NCBI GenBank assembly: GCA_964456345.1
Contig: CAYVZO010000001.1
Location: 1-57,694 of the forward strand
Direction: 5' to 3'
Length of the DNA stretch: 57,694 nucleotides
From: an uncultured archaeon
GTDB taxonomy: Archaea > Aenigmatarchaeota > Aenigmatarchaeia > GW2011-AR5
Of the stretch, positions 20,029-29,061 are shown one piece after another. Numbering within the stretch: position 1 is the first letter of the stretch; the number at the start of each line of letters is the position of its first letter. A program made the position numbers and the translations under genes. The notes beneath the pieces are model-generated. The model saw only the letters and a program-made list of their open reading frames with translations, ran no database searches and was not told where the DNA came from.

Positions 20029-20177
20029 TATTTAAGGTTTTTGTCATTCGGGTGGATATTTCGGAAATGTCATGTTCATCCCCATGTTCATAATGCCAAT
20101 TCACACCCCTTCATTTCCACTGCAAATGTATTCATATAACAGCGTTATTGATATGAACAGCTAGAAATAGTCTAGGA

Positions 20178-22868
20178 TTACTTCTTTTTTTTCATTTTTG
20201 TTCCTGATGAACCACTGCAGCTTATCAGAAGTTCACCTCCGCATTCACATACTCCCTGGAGCGGTATCCTCCTGTAGGTCTTGTTGCATTTTTTGCATAT
20301 AAAACCTTCCCAGTCATCAACTACCTGCTCCTTTTTCTGTGGCCTGTATTCTATTTCTATGTCATGCTTCATCTTCCTTTTGTTTCCGTTCATGATGTCA
20401 AATATGCTGGTCTGTCTGCCATTCCCAAGAAGTTCGCTTTTCGTTATTCCTAGTGAAGCCAGGATTCTTTCTATTGGCGGGAATAGCTGGTTATGTATGT
20501 AATAATCAGAATCTATCTGGAGCCCTTTCTTTTTGACGTAATTCGGGTCTTCAGCTCTTTTAGAGAGCATCTGGTTGCCGCGGACTATGACAAAGTCTAT
20601 GCGCTCGCCTACGATGGGTTTGTTTTGGGGCTCCCGCTCTGCGATTTTCTTGGCAAGCTCTATGTGCGGAAGCGTTCCTGCATAGTTTTCAATGCTCTTT
20701 GTTATGCCTTTTGTAATCGTAAGCTTTTCTGCAGGTATCTCGTTGTTCCTCAGCTTTTCCAGCACCTCCCTTACCTTGTTTATGGCCTTTTCGATGTCAC
20801 CCTCTTTCAAAACGATTTCAAGTATCTCTATCATGGTTTCTGATACAAGGGGACACCAGTCCCTTCTCACTGTCTCTATGCCCTTCATTTCTATGCTGTC
20901 TTTCCACTCGTCATCCACTTTCTCGAACTTCCAGCCAGCATAGCGCTTTTTTGTCAGTATCAGGAAGGTGCGGTATATCTTCTCGAATTCAAGCTCGAGC
21001 TTGCCTGGCAATTTTTGTGTCACAAAATCTGATATTTTCTTGCCAAGTTCTTCTGCATCATCTAATTTTGTTATATTGGTCTTTAGAAATATGGAATCAG
21101 TATCACCATAAACAACTGTGACAGGGAAGTTGTCTTCTATGAGTTTTTTCGTCTTCACGATATTATCCCTTCCAAAAGCTGTTATGGTGTTTGCCACATC
21201 TATCATGTATAAGCGGGCTCGTATGTAGCCTGTATAGCCGTAGAATGAGTTGGACATATCCTTTAGCGCAAGCTGCCTGGCATTCAGTATGCGCCTGGCT
21301 TCGCCAGACTCCTTCTTCATCTCCTTCTTTATGCGCCCTCTTGCCACCATAAGCTCCCTTAGTATCCGTGGCATCACGCCTTCCCTTGTTTCCTTGTCAA
21401 CAAACAAGGCACCTGAAGGTGATTTTATAGCTGCTTTTTTTTCACCGTCCAAAAGAAGAGTGTCTGGCGATACGTTATAGGTACGCATTATGCTCGGATA
21501 AAGGCTCTTGAAGTCCAGGACAAGTATGCACCCCTCAGAGTGCAGTCCTTTTATCGGCTCAAGGACTGTAGCGCCCTTCAGCCCTTTTTTCGCCCTTTCC
21601 CTTGCGCGCTTTGACAGGACTGCACTGTTCGGCTTCGACGGCATTACAAAATTGCTTTCCTTGAATTCATGCAGTATTTTTATTTCCACCCTGGAAGACT
21701 GTCCTCCGAATGTATCCTGGAGCAGGAGACCCGAGACCTTAGAAAGCTCGAAGAATTTGTCAAGAAGCCTCACCTTTAGGAGCAGGTCCAGGTTCAGCTG
21801 GGCATCCTTTCTCGAATATTCAATAAATCTTTTCGGGTCTTTTTTCCAAAGCTCAGGCATTTCACCATAGGTGACGTCAAGCTTCTCCTCGTTTAGCAGC
21901 TCTTTGGCTATGTTCTTAAGTGTGTATCTGTGGAATTTAACCCAGGGGTCTCTCTTCAGTATCTGGTAAGGATCGACAACGACACGTCCCTGGACAATAC
22001 AGTCCTGCGTCATGCCGTATGTTCTCGTAAAGACATTTTTCTCACAGCGCCCGAAATTCTGCTGCAGCTTGTGGTGTTTTAGCCTTTCGAGTAGATAGGG
22101 GAAGTCGAAGTTGTTGCAGTTGTAGCCTGTTACGATATCAGGGTCGAAACTGTCTACTATCCTGAGGAATTCCTCAAGCATCTCCTTCTCGCTCGGGAAC
22201 CCCCTTGCATCTTTCCCCCTAAACGGCTTCGCGAGTATGACCAGGCTTTTCATCCCCCTGAATTCAGGCTTGAAAGCAAGGGACACCATTATGATCTGGT
22301 CCTTCTTTGCGTCAAGCGGCTTGTTCACGTCGTGAGGTATGCACTCTATGTCAAAGGAGAGATATTTGAGGTCGAGGTTTTCTTTCCTCTGGATTGCTTT
22401 TAGCTTCCTTACGTGGTAAGAGGGGACTTTCGACGCCTTTGTAAAGGCCTTCTCGCCCTCTGCCTCAACCCAGTCCATGCCATGCAGACCATGATCAACC
22501 ATGAACCTGTACTTGAACAGTATGTCCGCCTCATAAGAATCCTCGATCACGCCGTCAGCCAGCAGCTGGTCCTTTACCTTGGGCACGTTCTGCGGATTCG
22601 TGAGCGTAAGTTTGTAGAGCTTGGCCGGCTTTTCGTTGTACCCGAGCGGTATGAGCTTCTCAACCTCCTCTATTTTTATTATTTCTTTCATGTCTTCCAG
22701 GCTGGACAGCGCGAGTCTGTTTTTCTCGTTAAGCTTTACATAGAAATAGGGCATAAAGTCATCGTAGATGGCGCATACGGATTTGCCGTTCTCTGTCTTC
22801 CCAAACAGCCTAAGAACCGGCTTGCTGCCGTTTAGAAAGTAATCACTATCCAATAACTGAAAGAGCAT
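20178..22868 (-). CDS. polB: Family B DNA polymerase with about 65-aa C-terminal Cys-cluster (zinc-ribbon-like) extension
   Basis: Exo I FDIEC, Exo II NCNNFDFPYL, Exo III YSRKDAQL, motif A DFKSLYPSIM, motif B KDMSNSFYGYTGY, motif C VYGDTDS. C-terminal CKKCNKTYRRIPLQGVCECGG. Confidence 0.95.
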   Translation of the reverse strand: MLFQLLDSDYFLNGSKPVLRLFGKTENGKSVCAIYDDFMPYFYVKLNEKNRLALSSLEDMKEIIKIEEVEKLIPLGYNEKPAKLYKLTLTNPQNVPKVKDQLLADGVIEDSYEADILFKYRFMVDHGLHGMDWVEAEGEKAFTKASKVPSYHVRKLKAIQRKENLDLKYLSFDIECIPHDVNKPLDAKKDQIIMVSLAFKPEFRGMKSLVILAKPFRGKDARGFPSEKEMLEEFLRIVDSFDPDIVTGYNCNNFDFPYLLERLKHHKLQQNFGRCEKNVFTRTYGMTQDCIVQGRVVVDPYQILKRDPWVKFHRYTLKNIAKELLNEEKLDVTYGEMPELWKKDPKRFIEYSRKDAQLNLDLLLKVRLLDKFFELSKVSGLLLQDTFGGQSSRVEIKILHEFKESNFVMPSKPNSAVLSKRARERAKKGLKGATVLEPIKGLHSEGCILVLDFKSLYPSIMRTYNVSPDTLLLDGEKKAAIKSPSGALFVDKETREGVMPRILRELMVARGRIKKEMKKESGEARRILNARQLALKDMSNSFYGYTGYIRARLYMIDVANTITAFGRDNIVKTKKLIEDNFPVTVVYGDTDSIFLKTNITKLDDAEELGKKISDFVTQKLPGKLELEFEKIYRTFLILTKKRYAGWKFEKVDDEWKDSIEMKGIETVRRDWCPLVSETMIEILEIVLKEGDIEKAINKVREVLEKLRNNEIPAEKLTITKGITKSIENYAGTLPHIELAKKIAEREPQNKPIVGERIDFVIVRGNQMLSKRAEDPNYVKKKGLQIDSDYYIHNQLFPPIERILASLGITKSELLGNGRQTSIFDIMNGNKRKMKHDIEIEYRPQKKEQVVDDWEGFICKKCNKTYRRIPLQGVCECGGELLISCSGSSGTKMKKKK

Positions 22869-22915
22869 GCAATAGAATTTCGCGTAAACACTTTTATTGT
22901 TTTAGAGTTCTCGAA

Positions 22916-24034
22916 TTATATTTTCGACCTCATCAAGTCCACCTGGGCAGCCTCGCGGGTTTCTAAATCTATTACGACAGGCCTGAATTTTGCAAGAGGC
23001 GAGCCCGAATTTACGAGTGTGACGGACTTGTAGTTCATTATTTGCGGCTCGTGCGTGTGCCCAAAATGGACTATGTCAGGCACCTCTTCCAGAACAAGAT
23101 GGTCTTCGGCCATGACAGCCCTTGTTTTTCCGAGATGCCTCTTCTTCAGCATGCTGATGTCCATTTCATGTATAACAAGAATTTTTACGCCGTTTACCTC
23201 AACCATGGAAGGATTGCTGAGCGGTATTATTTCCCTGCTGTCAAAATTCATCGGCAGCTGAGGATACTCGTCGCCATCGACGTTGCCAGGTATCACGAAA
23301 ACCTTTCTGCCGTAGCAGTGCTTGGCAACCATATCATCCAAACTTTTTACGTCTGCTGTATCGCCTGCTATAAAAAGATATTTTATGTCCTGGTTTTCGA
23401 ACCAGGTGAAGAATTTCTCTATGTCAGCAGACGGGCTCTCATCCAGGTGAAGGTCCGAGATAAAGCAGACTTTCCCGTGCCCCTTGACAGGAGTCCTCAA
23501 CGGAATGTCCGGGTAGATGATTTCCTTGCCGAAAAGTATTTTACCCCCTGAAACCGCCCTTACAGCAACAACGTCGTCAAGCTCGAGGTCGTTCTTTTCC
23601 TCAAAAAGTATTGGTATTGTAGCTGTCTGGTCTTCAAGGTCGACGGCTACTCCTTTCTCTTTCTCCTTTACGTCCTTGACTATTCCTATAACATAAACCT
23701 CGTTGCGAAAGCTGTCCAGCTTGTTCAGTGAAATGAAATTCTTCTGGAGCCTCTTCATGAGTATATTCTTTGTTTTCTCGTACCTTGACATGTAGAACCG
23801 TACGAAATCGTCTGTAGAGGCCTCCTTGAGCTTCTCTGTAATGTTCTTTATCACTCTTACCTTTTCTGTTTTGGCGTCTCTCTGCACAAAATCCTGCGGA
23901 GTCAGAACGAGCTTTTCCTGCACGGGTTTGAGTTCTTCCTTCTGGTTTTCCAAGAAAGACAGAGCCTCTGGCGTAAGCAGCATGCCCTTGTCCAGATAAC
24001 TCTTAACAATATTCTCCTTTTCCATAAATCTCAC
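22916..24034 (-). CDS. DNA polymerase II (PolD) small subunit DP1-like / B-subunit family protein, short form
   Basis: N-terminal IVKSYLDKGMLLTPEALSFL and an OB segment VYVIGIVKDV...LEDQTATIPILF. Phosphoesterase motifs are ISDLHLD, IAGDTAD, PGNVDG, VIHE and GHTHE. Only 372 aa. Confidence 0.8.
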   Translation of the reverse strand: MRFMEKENIVKSYLDKGMLLTPEALSFLENQKEELKPVQEKLVLTPQDFVQRDAKTEKVRVIKNITEKLKEASTDDFVRFYMSRYEKTKNILMKRLQKNFISLNKLDSFRNEVYVIGIVKDVKEKEKGVAVDLEDQTATIPILFEEKNDLELDDVVAVRAVSGGKILFGKEIIYPDIPLRTPVKGHGKVCFISDLHLDESPSADIEKFFTWFENQDIKYLFIAGDTADVKSLDDMVAKHCYGRKVFVIPGNVDGDEYPQLPMNFDSREIIPLSNPSMVEVNGVKILVIHEMDISMLKKRHLGKTRAVMAEDHLVLEEVPDIVHFGHTHEPQIMNYKSVTLVNSGSPLAKFRPVVIDLETREAAQVDLMRSKI

Positions 24035-24040
24035 AAGAAA

Positions 24041-25255
24041 TCACTCAAAACGCTCGTCAAGGAAGGTCTTGACCTTTTCGAGAACAGAATCGTTTATGGC
24101 GAGCGATATTTCCCGTGTCCTGCCATAACGGCCCTTTGATATCACCTTTGCGTTTATTATACCCAGCATATCAAGCTCGCTTATAAGGTCGCTTACCCTC
24201 CTCTGTGTCAGGCATTTCAGAGCGTTGTCCTGGCATATCCTTTTGTAGGTATTGAAAACATCTCCTGTAAGGAGCCTCCTGTCAACCCATGTGCCTCCGT
24301 TGTTTTCGTGACCATTGCCAAGCCGTATTATGGCGTTCAGGACTGCTTGTGAATGTTTTGGCTGCGTCTTTATGGTTTCAGATACCCTATCCAGGTCGAT
24401 TTTCTCTTCAGCTGCATCAACGTGCCTTTCTTCTATATCCTGGTCGCCAAGGCGTTCGCTTATTTCTCCCGCCACCCTCAACAGGTCCAGGGCGCGCCTT
24501 GCATCACCATGCTCTTGCGCAGCAAGCGCTGCACACTTGTTTATCACATGGTCTTTTATCTCACAATTGAACCCCTGCTTTATCCTCTGAGACAAGATGT
24601 CCCTTAGCTGAACAGCGTCATAAGGCCTGAAAATCGCCTCTTCCTCACTAAGCGAGGACTTTATCCTCTGGTCCAGCGTATCGCGGAACGACAAATCATT
24701 TGTAATGCCTATGATTGTCACTGTGGAGTTCTTTAGGTCGGTATTAATCCGCGTGAGATTGTAAAGGAACTCATCTCCTATTTTCCTGAAAAGGTTGTCT
24801 ATCTCGTCCAGAACGATGATAAGTGCCTGTTTCTTCTCGTCTATAGTATCAAAGAATTTTCTGTAAAGAACATCGGTTGGCAGTCCTGTATCAGGCACGG
24901 TCTCGCCAAGCTCTTTCAGCATCTGTGCCAGCAAACGGTATTCTGTATCCGCCACCTTCTTCATCTTGCAGTTTATGTATATTGATGTTATGTTTCTGTT
25001 CTTTGTTATCTGTTTTAGCTGACTCAACACGAACTTCACTACAACTGTCTTGCCTGTCCCGCATGTACCATATATGAAAAGGTTGTTAACACTATATCCA
25101 CGAAGCGCAGGCGCGAGGACAGCGCTTATCTGTTTTATCTCCTCTTCCCTGTGCAGTATCTTTTCAGGAGTGAAATTAGCAGTAAGTGCGTTTTTGTTCT
25201 TAAAAATAGTGGGTTTTTCTAAATAAGTAGAAAATATATTATCCACAAACCACAC
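24041..25255 (-). CDS. cdc6: Orc1/Cdc6 replication initiator
   Basis: Walker A GTCGTGKT, Walker B IIVLDEID, GDARRALDLLR and a C-terminal winged helix. GTG start. Confidence 0.95.
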   Translation of the reverse strand: MWFVDNIFSTYLEKPTIFKNKNALTANFTPEKILHREEEIKQISAVLAPALRGYSVNNLFIYGTCGTGKTVVVKFVLSQLKQITKNRNITSIYINCKMKKVADTEYRLLAQMLKELGETVPDTGLPTDVLYRKFFDTIDEKKQALIIVLDEIDNLFRKIGDEFLYNLTRINTDLKNSTVTIIGITNDLSFRDTLDQRIKSSLSEEEAIFRPYDAVQLRDILSQRIKQGFNCEIKDHVINKCAALAAQEHGDARRALDLLRVAGEISERLGDQDIEERHVDAAEEKIDLDRVSETIKTQPKHSQAVLNAIIRLGNGHENNGGTWVDRRLLTGDVFNTYKRICQDNALKCLTQRRVSDLISELDMLGIINAKVISKGRYGRTREISLAINDSVLEKVKTFLDERFE

Positions 25256-25465
25256 CCCAAACTAACCTTAATTTCTTTTAGAAAGTATATAAATATATCT
25301 CTATCGGAAACTAAGGTTATTAACCTATATTTTTTGAAAACAAAAACCCCCCTATATTTCTTATAGAGACCTTGTGTTGTTGTTTTTCTTTCTATAACGA
25401 TGTTATAAGAAGCTATGGTTGTTGATTTTGACAAAGTTTTAAATTCTCCATAAGAAAACAGCCCC
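25256..25465. promoter_or_regulatory. orc1/cdc6 upstream region (promoter; classical position for an oriC, but short)
   Basis: 210 bp, AT-rich. It contains TAACCTTA / TAAGGTTA inverted copies and the 13-bp palindrome AGGTTATTAACCT. No ORB-like long repeats seen. Confidence 0.3.
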
Positions 25466-25867
25466 TCAGACCAGGGAAAATTTTATTGTGTAATAGATAA
25501 GCCCGTTTTTGCCATCTTCATGCTGCTGCCTGAAAACAGGAGCAACACGCGAACCTTTTTTTATCTTTTCAGTGTCTCCCACAACAGGGGCTGTGATGTT
25601 AGGCCCTTCATCTAGTTTTATAACAGCCAGGACATAGGGCGCAAGGCGTTCGAAACCAGCAGGCGGGGCGTGAATTTTGGTATAGCTTATGACCTCGCCT
25701 GTGCCTGCTAGCCTGTGTTCGACAAGGTTGCCCCTGCGTCTGCACTCAGGGCAGAAACTTCTTGGTGGAAAAAACACGCTACCGCAGGTTACACAACGAT
25801 TGCCGAAAAGGCTGTATTTACTCTTCTTCAATCGCCAAAATAAAGGCACGCTGGATTTATGAGGCAT
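25466..25867 (-). CDS. DUF35 OB-fold/zinc-ribbon protein (thiolase-HMGCS scaffold)
   Basis: CVTCGSVFFPPRSFCPEC zinc ribbon followed by an OB-fold. Directly downstream of the thiolase gene. Confidence 0.85.
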   Translation of the reverse strand: MPHKSSVPLFWRLKKSKYSLFGNRCVTCGSVFFPPRSFCPECRRRGNLVEHRLAGTGEVISYTKIHAPPAGFERLAPYVLAVIKLDEGPNITAPVVGDTEKIKKGSRVAPVFRQQHEDGKNGLIYYTIKFSLV

Positions 25868-27036
25868 TATTTCAACTCCCTGCTTAGTATGCTTACTACT
25901 GCTGTAGCTCCTGACCCACCAACGTTCAGGGCAAGACCTGTTTTTGCGTTTTTTACTTGGTTTATAGAACTTCCGCGAAGCTGCTTCACTATATCGACAA
26001 TCTGTCTTATCCCTGTTGCGCCGACTGGGTGGCCAATCGCTTTCAGACCACCCGTCGTGTTCGTCGGTATTATACCACCAAGCATAACATTGCCGTCTTC
26101 CACGAACCTGCCGCCCATTCCTGGCTCACAGAAGCCAAGCCCCTCCAGGGAAAGTATCTCATTTATGGTGAAGCAATCATGAACCTCTGCCACGTCTATA
26201 TCTTCTGGCCGCAGGCCAGCTGTTTCATAAGCTTTTTTTGCCGCTATCTTTGTCGCAAGAATCTCTGTTAAGGAGGCCCTGTCGTGTAGTGCAAGCGCAT
26301 CTGATGCCTGCTCTGACGACAACACCCAGACAGGATCCTTGAAACCCTCAGCCATTTTTTCTGATACAAGGACCAAAGACGCAGCACCGTCTGTTATAGG
26401 CGAACAGTCAAGAAGATGCAGCGGCTCAGCTATCATTGACGAAGAAAGCACGTCTTTTATTGTTATTTCTGACCTGTATTGGGCAAGTTCGTTGTTCAGA
26501 GCATTTTTGTGGTTTATTACAGCAACCTTAGCCATCTGCTCCGGCGTTGTGCCGTACTGTTCCATGTGAGCGCGGGCCATGAGTGCGTATAAGCCAGGAA
26601 AAGTCATGCCGATTGCTGCTTCCCATTCCTGGTCGCCTGCGCCTATAAGAGAGGTAGTGACCTCACCGGTCTTCAGGTCCGTCATCTTCTCAGCTCCAGC
26701 AGCCATCACAATGTCGTATTTGCCAGAAGCAATAGCAAGGCAGGCCTGCCTGAACGCTAGTGCGCCTGAAGCACACGCAGCCTCGCACCTGGTTGCAGCT
26801 ATAGGGTTGAGCCCTGCTTGGTCAACAGCCAGCGCTGCCAGGTGTTCCTGTCCCACGAAGCGGCCAGAAGACATGTTTCCTACGTACAGCGACTGAATTT
26901 CAGTACCGTGAAGCTTCGCATCTTCAAGAGCAGTCTTGCCAGCTTCTACTGACAAGTCGCGAAGCGATTTGTTCCAGTGCTCTCCAAATTTCGTCTGCGC
27001 AACACCAACAACAGCAATGCCCATCATTTTTATCAC
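25867..27036 (-). CDS. Acetyl-CoA C-acetyltransferase (archaeal thiolase)
   Basis: Thiolase fold with [13 protein letters not shown] active-site Cys region and C-terminal GHPVGATG / NVGGSGAT. Confidence 0.9.
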   Translation of the reverse strand: MIKMMGIAVVGVAQTKFGEHWNKSLRDLSVEAGKTALEDAKLHGTEIQSLYVGNMSSGRFVGQEHLAALAVDQAGLNPIAATRCEAACASGALAFRQACLAIASGKYDIVMAAGAEKMTDLKTGEVTTSLIGAGDQEWEAAIGMTFPGLYALMARAHMEQYGTTPEQMAKVAVINHKNALNNELAQYRSEITIKDVLSSSMIAEPLHLLDCSPITDGAASLVLVSEKMAEGFKDPVWVLSSEQASDALALHDRASLTEILATKIAAKKAYETAGLRPEDIDVAEVHDCFTINEILSLEGLGFCEPGMGGRFVEDGNVMLGGIIPTNTTGGLKAIGHPVGATGIRQIVDIVKQLRGSSINQVKNAKTGLALNVGGSGATAVVSILSRELK

Positions 27037-28070
27037 ATCTTCAGCTTTTTCCTCAACCTGACGTAATTACCGTAATCGACATAGCTTTTTTTCCTTATAT
27101 AGTAATCAGTAGTTGGGGCCAGAGCCCTTCTTTTCACGAGATTATCCGTGACTGTCAACGCAAAGGAGTCAGAGCCAGCACCTGAGCCAAACGACGTCAT
27201 GAGTATGCGCTCACCCGGCTTCGCGATATCGAGAGTTGAGCAAAGCCCTATTAAAGAAGACGCGGAGTACGTGTTTCCAATCTTCTTTACCACAAGACCA
27301 GGCATCACCTTCTCTTTTTCAAACCCGAGTTTTTTTGCTGCTGACAAAGGGAACTTTCCGTTCGGCATGTGGAAAACCGCGTAATCAAAATCTTTAGGCT
27401 CTGCGTTTACCTTCTTCAAAAGGCCCTTTGTCGCTGATATTACATGATGGAAATACGCCGGCTCGCCTGTGAATCTCGCACCGTGCTTCGGATAGGTCTC
27501 GCCCTCGCGCCGCCAGAAATCAGGAGTATCAGTGGTGTAAGAATACATATCATCTATTGTTGCAAGCGGGTCCTCGCCTATTATGAAGGAAGCTGATCCT
27601 GCAGCAGCTGTATATTCAAGAGCGTCGCCAGGCATGCCCTGCGCTGTGTCAGAGCCTATGGCAAGTCCGCTTTTTACCATGCCTGATTTTACAAGGCCCA
27701 TGCAGCACTGGATAGCTGCTGTACCTGCCTTGCACGCGAATTCGAAATCAGCAACAAGCACCTCAGGCACGATTCCAAGCGCTTCTGCCACGACTGTTCC
27801 GGAAGGCTTTACAGCGTAGGGATGACTCTCTGAGCCTATGAAAAGGGCACCCACATCTTTCGGGTCCATGCCAGCACGCAAAAACGCATTTTTTGCGGAT
27901 TCAACGCTCATCGTTATCGTGTCCTCATCCATGTCAGGCACGGTTTTCTCCTCAACCATCAGGGAATTCTTTATGTTCTCCGCATCCTGCCCCCATATGC
28001 GTGCAATCTCCTCCACCTTTATCCTGTAAGCAGGCAGGTAGGCTCCGTAACCAACTATACCGTGACTCAT
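27033..28070 (-). CDS. Hydroxymethylglutaryl-CoA synthase
   Basis: 345 aa. [13 protein letters not shown] start, [14 protein letters not shown] catalytic Cys region and FHMPNGKFP. First gene of the HMGCS-thiolase-DUF35 operon. Confidence 0.9.
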   Translation of the reverse strand: MSHGIVGYGAYLPAYRIKVEEIARIWGQDAENIKNSLMVEEKTVPDMDEDTITMSVESAKNAFLRAGMDPKDVGALFIGSESHPYAVKPSGTVVAEALGIVPEVLVADFEFACKAGTAAIQCCMGLVKSGMVKSGLAIGSDTAQGMPGDALEYTAAAGSASFIIGEDPLATIDDMYSYTTDTPDFWRREGETYPKHGARFTGEPAYFHHVISATKGLLKKVNAEPKDFDYAVFHMPNGKFPLSAAKKLGFEKEKVMPGLVVKKIGNTYSASSLIGLCSTLDIAKPGERILMTSFGSGAGSDSFALTVTDNLVKRRALAPTTDYYIRKKSYVDYGNYVRLRKKLKM

Positions 28071-28136
28071 ATAACCACGAAGATTACCAGAAACATTTTT
28101 AAATAGATACCACTCAGAAAGTTTTTAAACCAAGAT

Positions 28137-28310
28137 TCAGCCAAGATAACCCAGGTCTTTTAGCCTTTTCTTGATGTCCTTTTCGTCCTGCCTTAGGATG
28201 AATGTGACGTAATCAGAAACCGAGCCGAACCCCGTACCTTCGATATCCTTCCTTATCTTCTCGAAAAGAGGCTTCGGTATCGTTATTGTCGTGTGTTTTC
28301 TCCCTTTCAT
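28137..28310 (-). CDS. Ribbon-helix-helix (CopG/Arc-type) DNA-binding protein, 57 aa (below the ORF-track cutoff)
   Basis: Manual translation: MKGRKHTTITIPKPLFEKIRKDIEGTGFGSVSDYVTFILRQDEKDIKKRLKDLGYLG. It shows the beta-strand/helix/helix pattern of RHH proteins and is divergent from 28363..29061. Confidence 0.65.
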   Translation of the reverse strand: MKGRKHTTITIPKPLFEKIRKDIEGTGFGSVSDYVTFILRQDEKDIKKRLKDLGYLG

Positions 28311-28362
28311 AATAGTTAATGCAACTGCATTTTATTTAAGTTTTTGCACCAATACTGAGACC

Positions 28363-29061
28363 ATGATAATAATCCTCGGGTTTGACGCTCTCGAGAAGTC
28401 GCTGGTGGAGAAGTACAAATGCGTCGAACTCATGCAGGAGAGCTATGGCAACACGGATATAACGGACTTCAACGCCGAGCGGACAGTCGTTCTGTGGGCA
28501 TCGTTTCTTACAGGCAAAAACATGGAGGACAAAATACCGCTCAAGGGACAATGGCAGTTCACCCTTCCGATGAAAGATACGCTGTTCTCCGGATTCAAAA
28601 CGCCATTCGCCATAGATGTCCCTGCATTTACGTTGCGGCAGGACGACCACGAAAAGGAGAGAAGATACCTGGCTGGCTATTTCAAGGACGAAAACACGGT
28701 CGAGGAGTTCGACGAGGTTGTGTGGAGCATCCACGAAGAAACAAAGAGAGAATTTCTCAGCAGGCTCGAGGAAAATTACGACATACTCATGGCCTATTTC
28801 AACCTGGCTGATACTGTTGGGCACCTGAGCTTCGGAATCGATGAAAAAATGAGGAAAGTGTACGAAGAACTCAACAGCATAGCAAGAACAGCCAGGAAAA
28901 AAGGCGCCACAATTTTTATCGTGTCTGACCATGGCATGAAACAGGTGGGCCGCTTCGGCGACCATACCTCCCATGGCTTCTGGTCTTTTAACCGTGATAT
29001 GAAACTGGATAAACCGAAAATAACAGACTTCAGGAAAACAATAGAGCAGCTTAGGCAATAA
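28363..29061 (+). CDS. Small alkaline-phosphatase-superfamily metalloenzyme
   Basis: [27 protein letters not shown] and IVSDHGM match the metal and nucleophile regions of the AP/NPP superfamily. The ATG at 28363 is preferred. Confidence 0.6.
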   Translation: MIIILGFDALEKSLVEKYKCVELMQESYGNTDITDFNAERTVVLWASFLTGKNMEDKIPLKGQWQFTLPMKDTLFSGFKTPFAIDVPAFTLRQDDHEKERRYLAGYFKDENTVEEFDEVVWSIHEETKREFLSRLEENYDILMAYFNLADTVGHLSFGIDEKMRKVYEELNSIARTARKKGATIFIVSDHGMKQVGRFGDHTSHGFWSFNRDMKLDKPKITDFRKTIEQLRQ

